64,000 bases of DNA, taken from positions 34,968,001 through 35,032,000 of the forward strand of contig NC_042997.1 of the NCBI RefSeq assembly GCF_006345805.1, read 5' to 3'. The stretch's first letter is position 1; every line of letters starts with the position of its first letter. Below, piece by piece: positions 56,806-64,000 of the stretch. The position numbers and the translations under genes are program-made. The stretch comes from Octopus sinensis. Its lineage: Eukaryota. The notes under the pieces were generated by a model. It did not search any database and had not been told where the DNA came from. It saw only the letters and a list, made by a program, of their open reading frames with translations.

Positions 56806-57695
56806 AAGGTGGTGAGCTGGTAGAGTCGTCGGACAAATGGGTAGCGACATTTCTCCCGATTCATTGCGTTCGTAGTTCAAATTATGTCGAGGTAAATAAA
56901 CTTTGCCTTTCATTCCTATAGTGTCGATAAAATAAAGTACTTGTCAAGTAATGACAATCGACTAACCCCCTTCCACTCGATGTAATCGACTAACCCCCTC
57001 CACTCGATGTAATCGACTAATCACCTCCACTGAATGTGCTGACCTTGTACCAACATTTGAATTTACGTTCTTGTGTTCACATTTCGCCGATATCGTATTT
57101 GCCTCTCATCTTTTCGAGGTGGATAAAATATGCATCTTTTGAGCAGTTGGAGTCGATGTAATCAATTAAACCGCTCCGCCCGCGTCCCCTGAATTGCTTG
57201 TCTTGTGCCAAAATTGGAAACCGGTAGTATTATTCTTATTAAAGTGGTGAAGTAGCAGAATCATTAGTGCATGAGACAAAATATTAAAACGGCATTTTAC
57301 TTGGCTCTTTAAGTTCTGAGCTGAAATCATACAGAGGTTGATCTTGTCTTTTCTTCTTTCTGAGGTCGTTAAAATAGGTTTCTGTTGAGCATTGTCGGTG
57401 ATGAAATTGACTGACAACCGCGTCCTAAAATTGCTGACCTTGTGCCAAAATTCGAACGAACTAATACTGTTGTTGATATTGCTATTATTCTGAGGTGGAG
57501 ACAGAAAAACAAGCAAAAACTAGCAGTTTTCCTGCTCTCTTCACTCGTGGTTCACTTTCCACTGAAGTCAACATTATCTTTCCCATTTTGGGGTCGATAA
57601 AAGTACCAGCCATGTACTGTTTCTGCTAACGATATCTTGGTATCTACTGACCCCTCCCCTCAAAATTATTGGCCTTGTTCCTAAATAAGAAAATA
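56806..57695 (+). mobile_element. Head-to-tail cluster of about 4 diverged family B-like SINEs
   Basis: Repeated blocks from about 56806, 57066, 57240 and 57490, each with GTTC/AAAT, TTTC..GTCG.TAAAA and an AAATT..TG.CCTTGT.CC.AAA tail. A 27-28-bp unit is triplicated at 56956-57031. Confidence 0.65.
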
Positions 57696-59039
57696 TATAT
57701 TATTTTGTTTTAAATTTTGAAAGTTGATCTAAATAGGATGTTATACACGATTAAATAAAAATAGATTAATTAATAAAATAACAGCAGCAGCAGTTGTAAC
57801 TGTAGTAGCAGTACTGCATATATTTTTTAGCTTATGTAGTAATGTAGCAAGTACTATATTGTTAATAATAATAAAAAAAAATAGATATGTAAAACAAAAG
57901 AAACAGAAAAATTTAAAACAATTCTATCATAGATAAGAATAAAGGAACAGAAAATCTATTGTTGTAACATTAGTGACAGAAACTAACAATAACATTAATA
58001 TAATAAAACAAGATGCTCTCAAACAAAAGAAGAGAAAACAAAAACCTATCGGTACATTTGTTGTTAATGTGAGTTTTATTTCTAATATTATTTTTATGTT
58101 TTCTTTCAGATGGTTTCCTAGTTGTGTGATTTTTTAATAATGTATTATTTGCTGCCATGCTGTGTTTGACAGACTGTCAGTAGCAGCGGTGGCCTTTTTA
58201 TTGTTATTTTTTGGAGTTCTTTGTAATGTATCGCTAATGTATTTTAACCCGCGTCTAATTTACTCCCACTGTGCATAGTTCTATGCTCTAGGACAGTATT
58301 ACAGCTTAGCTTACGCGACTTTGTTTTGTTATTATTGCTATTGGTTATTCTTATTGGTTATTCGTTTTTGTTCAAATCTTCATTTGTTATTTATTCATTG
58401 TTCATTTAGACATATTTTAAACGCATTTTTAAATAGATGTCTATCTAGGCCTATGCTAATCTATGTGTGATGCGTATGTATGTGCATATATGTACGTATG
58501 TGTGTGTATGTGTGTGCTTTATGCAGGTACGTGCGTTGACATATGTGTAATTGTGGTATCTGTAAATATGTCTGTGCGATTACCTGCGTATGATTGAGTT
58601 GATTTCTATGGTCATATACACGCGCATGCCTACACATTACACTTCCAAATGTGTAGCAAATATTCATAAATGTGAGTGTGTAAGTGCATTTGTATTGTGT
58701 GTGTGTGTGTACACAAACACACACAGACATACACTTACTCGTTCGCATAATGTTTGTTCTTATGTGAGCGCTTATGTTATTTTTATATATTCCCGACTGT
58801 TACTTTTGAGATTAATATGATAATCATTGAACTGTTCCTTGAAACATGTATGCATGCCTACTAATGTGTTTGGCTCATTCCGTCCTATATACGTATGTCT
58901 TTGTAACTTCACTGCGATCATGTACGGGTAGACATAGAGCAGCTTTTTTTTTCTTTTAATCGTAGTCAGTAAGAATGTCCAACAGATAAAGATTTTCAGC
59001 ATCATTATATGATTATGTAGGCCAAGGAATGATTTGTAA

Positions 59040-59101
59040 TGTGAAGGTCTTTTGTATATTTGTGAAGGTCTTTTGCGCATTTGTGAAGGTCTTTTGCGCA
59101 T
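59040..59101 (+). repeat. Three 21-bp tandem repeats (TGTGAAGGTCTTTTGCGCATT)
   Basis: Units start at 59040, 59061 and 59082. Confidence 0.92.
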
Positions 59102-59950
59102 CCGTTTCTTCATTTCGTTATCAGCGATCTATCTTGGCCTAATCACAAGAATTCCAAAGGCTTTAGAAATAGCAAACATTTTCAGGCAACATTCTCCCTC
59201 ACTATTATTCTGCCAGTCTGGACAACAGGTGGTCAGAGATGCTACTAACGCTGGCCTTGTTTGGAGACTCGGGTCTGTGTGTATCAAAGCTTTACTATAT
59301 CTTTCTGTCCATGCCCTGTTTGTAGTAAAATTGTATGTATATTTTATTCTACATTTGATTGTGATTCTTGTCCTGTTGTCAACGTATATAGATATAGTTG
59401 TCACTGATTTTCCTCATCTAATTATTTGTTAGTATGGTTAATCCAATTTTGAATACATGAATTTAACACTAGGGACCGCTATAATATTAGAATCAGTTGT
59501 CCCATTATATTTTGACGAAAACCAAAGGGATATCCCATTTTGATCTACATAAAGCATCAGGAAAAGTAATAATATTTTAAATAGAAATATGTAAAAATAA
59601 AAAAAATGAGAAAGCTTTATTGAGATTATATAAGAGTTAACAGTTCTTTCTGTGTTTGAAGGTTATGTAAATATATGGAATAATATTATAAGATTTGTAC
59701 TATGAATAAAATCCATGACTTTTTAAAATATCCGAACACACAAATAAAGGTTATCCGTTCACTTCTGATGGGGACACCTCTTTGTGTTTCCGAACATGAG
59801 ACATTATTTTACATGTTTCAGTTTCCTAGGAATACTGGAATGAATGACAGATGATACATTAGGAAATATCGAGAGTTCATTTAAACCAACTGATGAAAGT
59901 CGAGCAACCGATTCGATTTATTGTATAAATATATATATATGTATATAGCA

Positions 59951-60125
59951 CGTGATCACGTGACCGGCCAGACTATCAAATGTTGCTACACATTGCTGGC
60001 AAACAATGCGCTTCGCATTGTTTTAGCCTTCAACTGACGCCACCCCACTAGCTAAGCGAGCAGGCCAACAGAAGAAAGAGAGAAATTTGAGACGAAAGCG
60101 TACAGCAGGGATCGTTCCCTCCCTG
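59951..60125 (-). mobile_element. SINE family C body with a third type of tail, cut by the assembly gap
   Basis: Reverse complement GATCCCTGCTGTACGCTTTC..AATTTCTCTC matches 31972-32008, then carries a different tail. Confidence 0.7.
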
Positions 60126-60225
60126 NNNNNNNNNNNNNNNNNNNNNNNNNNNNNNNNNNNNNNNNNNNNNNNNNNNNNNNNNNNNNNNNNNNNNNNNNNN
60201 NNNNNNNNNNNNNNNNNNNNNNNNN
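60126..60225. other. Assembly gap (100 N)
   Basis: Run of N. Confidence 1.
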
Positions 60226-60829
60226 TTGTAAATGAATGCTTCTAAGCGCTTATAAGTATTTGAATCACTTTTTGTCGAAAAATGAAACTTTTGACTCAGC
60301 CTTCTGTTTTTATGTTTGTCTGTTTAGTGCATTTCAGTTTGAATATATCATTTTATCGCGGAGATTTCTTTATCAGTGCTAGGTTGTTTGTGTGCAAATA
60401 TATATACCTGTGTATGTGTGTGTGTGTGTGCGTGTGTGTGTGTGTGTGTATTTGGATTTGACAGGAGCAATTAAGGTAGGAGCATATCAGAGTGGAGCTT
60501 CATTAATGGCTATACAGTTGATCATAAATCAACAGGTAAGCAATCCAGGATGTGTATTGGCCCTTGGTAATTTGCAACTGCAATACTATCCAGAGTAAAA
60601 GCAACCGAATGGATTACGTATATACTATACCTATAACAGGAACATTCGCAGTTATAGTTAATCTATTTCCTTGGGCGACAACTGGTTCTGTTATGCGTTT
60701 ACTATTAATTTCGATAGCTTTAGTCCATATCTCCGGAATTACCATTTAAAAGCAATAATACTAAGTTCCCAGTACTACAATTAGTATAATTTTATATCTC
60801 TATTCACAAGAAACTATGGCATTACAACC

Positions 60830-61000
60830 AGCCAGGAACAGTCTTCGCTACATTTGCGGTACCTGACAGAGGGAGTGTTTGTCCAGGATAGGACTATACA
60901 GCCACAGCAGGAAATGTATCAGGACATGAAATGTAAAAGCCGGACTAGACGACTTTATGCGCAACTCCATTGTCTCCCGAGACAAAAAGGATGCCAACAA
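60830..61000 (+). mobile_element. RTE-clade LINE extreme 3' end
   Basis: RYICGT*QRECLSRIGLYSHSRKC matches the RTE C-terminal C..C.R.C.SRIGL.SH.R.C motif, followed by TCCATTGTCTCCCGAGAC..AGGATGCC. Confidence 0.7.
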
Positions 61001-61275
61001 TATCTCTATTCACTGGGTACATATTATGCTAACTTCTTACCTGTGCCTAATATGCACTTTGTTTGGTTTTGCCCAAACCAATCTCACTCTCTCTCCCTTT
61101 AATTGCTGTTGCTTGTGCTATTGTCACTTTAGGTATTTCTAACAAGTTATATTTCCATTCTATTTCCTAACTTCTTGTTTCTTTCCTTTATATTTTCTCT
61201 CTTTCTCTCCCTCTCCCCGCTTTCTGATAAATGTCTACGGTGCTTTTAGAAATCTCTACTGAGAAACTTTTACTA

Positions 61276-61483
61276 TACTCTTTTACTCTTTTACTTGTTT
61301 CAGTCATTTGACTGCGGTCATGCCGGAGCACCGCCTTTTAGTCGACCAAATCGACCCCGGGACTTATTCTTTGTAAGCCTAGTACTTATTCTATCGGTCT
61401 ATTTTGCCGAACCGCTAAGTGATGGGGACGTAAACACACCAGCATCGGTTGAGAAGCAATGCTAGGGGGACAAACACAGACAC

Positions 61484-61551
<68 letters not shown>

Positions 61552-61713
61552 TATACGACGGGCTTCTTTCCGTTTCCGTCTACCAAATCCACTCACCAGG
61601 CATTGGTCGGCCCGGGGCTATAGCAGAAGACACTTGCCCAAGATGCCACGGAGTGGGACTGAACCCGGAACCATGTGGTTGGTTAGCAAGCTACTTACCA
61701 CAAGGCCACTCCT
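61276..61713 (-). mobile_element. tRNA-derived SINE, family A, full length
   Basis: Collinear with 3129-3555; B-box-like GGTTCAGTCCC; internal (TA)n at the same position. Confidence 0.85.
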
Positions 61714-62233
61714 TACCACACAGTCCACTATATAATATTTTTAACTAACACTTATTTATTCTCTTTGGCAATGTTCTATTATCCTGGCAATGTTCTATTA
61801 AATTGGATAGATGGTCTATTTACTGTCCGTCGCTTGCCTCAAATGACTAACTAATAAAAGTCGGCGCCACTGAATATAGTTCACATTCGCTCACTCTACA
61901 GGGTATCGCACGATCATTGAAAGTTTGAGATAGGAATTGCTGCTGATATACCCTCTATTCTTTGTATTTGTTTTTATTATTCTGATAATTAATTTTTGGT
62001 CAGCAATTCTTTACGTTTGGCCACTCCCTTTTCGATAGCCTACTTTCCCTGCAAAACAAAATGAACAACATGCGCTTCTGACTATCCTATTAGATTCAAG
62101 CTTCCTTCATTTCTAGATTGTTGGTTTTTTTGATTTGATAACCACAAGCCGTTGGGCTGCTCTGTTCAGTGATACGTCAATATTTGCTGTTATGAAACAC
62201 GTACAACCTCAAAATTTGAAAGGTTCTCTGCAG

Positions 62234-62842
62234 TGTGTTCCCTGTCATTTGATGTGGTTAGCCAGAACCTGGATCATATCAGAGTATTAATAAGCTACCT
62301 GTCCAGATTCAAAATCTCTAATCCTTATGGTATATCATCATCATCATCAGCAGCAGCAGCAGCAGCGTTTAACGTCTGCTTCTCATGCTAGCATGGGTTG
62401 GACGATTTGACTGAGGTCTGGCGAACCAGATGGCTGCACCAGACTCCAATCTGATCTGGCAGAGTTTCTACGGCTGGATGACTTTCCTAACGCCAACCGA
62501 GTACGATATATAATATATTTTAATGCGCGGACACCCAAACTCTTTTATGGACCTCAGGGGTCATATGGACCTATGTTGAGGATAACTGATCTAAAGGGAA
62601 TTTAATGAAGAAAATTCTGTAATAAACAATTCTTCTTTATGATGCCTTGATTATGTATTCTGCATGCGGTATAAAGTTCAAGGGAGCGAACTTAGGATTA
62701 TCTATCAAGTGAAGTACTGTGTAATTGTTTATCGTAGACAATTCAATGTGTTCCCTATCATTCGATGTCGTTAGCCAGAACCTGGATCATATCAGAGTAT
62801 TAATAAACTGCCTGTCCGGATTCCAAGTCTCTATTCCTTACG

Positions 62843-62848
<6 letters not shown>
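62234..62848 (+). repeat. Pair of 102-bp direct repeats (62234-62335 and 62747-62848)
   Basis: Ungapped alignment with about 11 substitutions. Confidence 0.9.
62336..62498 (-). mobile_element. 3' end of an RTE-tailed retroposon ending in (GAT/GCT)n
   Basis: Minus strand ends ..GCATGAGAAGCAGACGTTAAACGC(TGC)n(TGA)n, a simple-repeat tail typical of RTE-type ends. Family assignment is inferred. Confidence 0.5.
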
Positions 62849-62874
<26 letters not shown>

Positions 62875-64000
62875 TATCCAAGCTACGCATTCACACGTCC
62901 TTACGACGCATGAGTACGATATTTGGCACGTCATGCTGTTAGAAGTGTGCGCACCCGTGAACTAATAATATTATTTAATGCAAACTACTGTTTAAAAGAA
63001 AAAAGTGGAAAAGTGTCTTTTTGTTTGGGAATATATCTTTGTTGATGGAGCATTATTGTAGAACTTTACAATTATCGTTCGCTTGTTATGGAATAATAGC
63101 CATAAAATGTCTCTCAACGTTACGTAACCAAACTTGACTTTCAAAATGAATGTAAATTTAATAGAAAGCGAAAACCGAAGAGGAAAACAACATGAAAATT
63201 AAGAAATTGAAAAAAGTGGATCCCATGCAAAGATCTAGAAAGCTAAAGAATGACAAATAAGGTAAAAAAAACTAATGACACCTAGCCAATTTTAAGAGTG
63301 TATCTTCCATCTATCTACTGGAGTGATTGCTAACTCATTTTAAATACATGTCTGCTACCAAGAAAATGGAAGTTTAGAAACATTTTAGTAACCTCACTCA
63401 AGAAATAATGATAGTATTTAGCAAAAGAATATAGCGAAAACGTGGCTAAAATTCTAATCGTATAATTTTTCACTATACAATTTTACAAGAATTCCATCAA
63501 ATTTCGTCATGTAGACAGGCATTATAAATTAAATTGTATTCTTAAGTTTTCTTGCTTTAAATATGAATGCTAATTTTTCTCGTGATTAAAGTTATCTTTC
63601 TAATTTACTTTTACAATTCTATAGCCATTGGTATATACAACTGATGCAACATAATAAACAAAACAGCACTATACTAAATATTAACAATAGTATTATTATG
63701 TTCACCATGTCTAACCAAATATTTAATAACATTAATAGTATTATATCTATTTTCACTCATTGATATTGTCGTCGTACTAGCGTAGCTTTACGATCTAATG
63801 TTTGCATTGTTGGGTAAGATTTCAATTTGGTGAAGTTGAGAGACAAAATGATTCCACTATGTAATTACGTTAATTACTTTGAATGATAATTGTAACGAAA
63901 AGTAGAATAATAAGAAATATACACTTGACAATCTACGTCCAAGTTAACAGTCAGTCTTCTAAAAAAAACCACAACTTGAGAGCATAAAGATAAATCAAGA

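Noticed and set aside
61898-61935. TACAGGGTATCGCAC as a Tc1/mariner TIR
   Set aside because: No convincing matching end or transposase remnant found.

Overview
AT-rich eukaryotic DNA dominated by microsatellites ((TA)n, (CA)n, (TATC)n, (TAA)n, (TAG)n, (CTT)n) and transposable-element debris. The repeat landscape looks like a coleoid cephalopod (Octopus-like) genome; this is inference from repeat style, not a database result. I cannot support any intact host protein-coding gene. Nearly all supplied ORFs are microsatellite artefacts ([14 protein letters not shown]) or TE fragments. Recognisable content: non-LTR relics (RTE, CR1/L2-like, R4/Dong-like, Hero-like), a mariner relic and a DD37D (maT) relic, several tRNA-derived SINE families, and a 100-N assembly gap. 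Two signals stand out. (1) Several unrelated short inverted-repeat elements, probably Penelope-derived, carry minimal type I hammerhead ribozyme motifs in both arms; one copy has a fully canonical core and one element encloses a Pol III-type tRNA head. (2) A heavily decayed plus-strand reading frame at about 28.4-30.2 kb has LRR, LRR-CT, TM and TIR-like motifs in Toll-like-receptor order. All protein and RNA matches were made by eye and need HMM or covariance-model confirmation.
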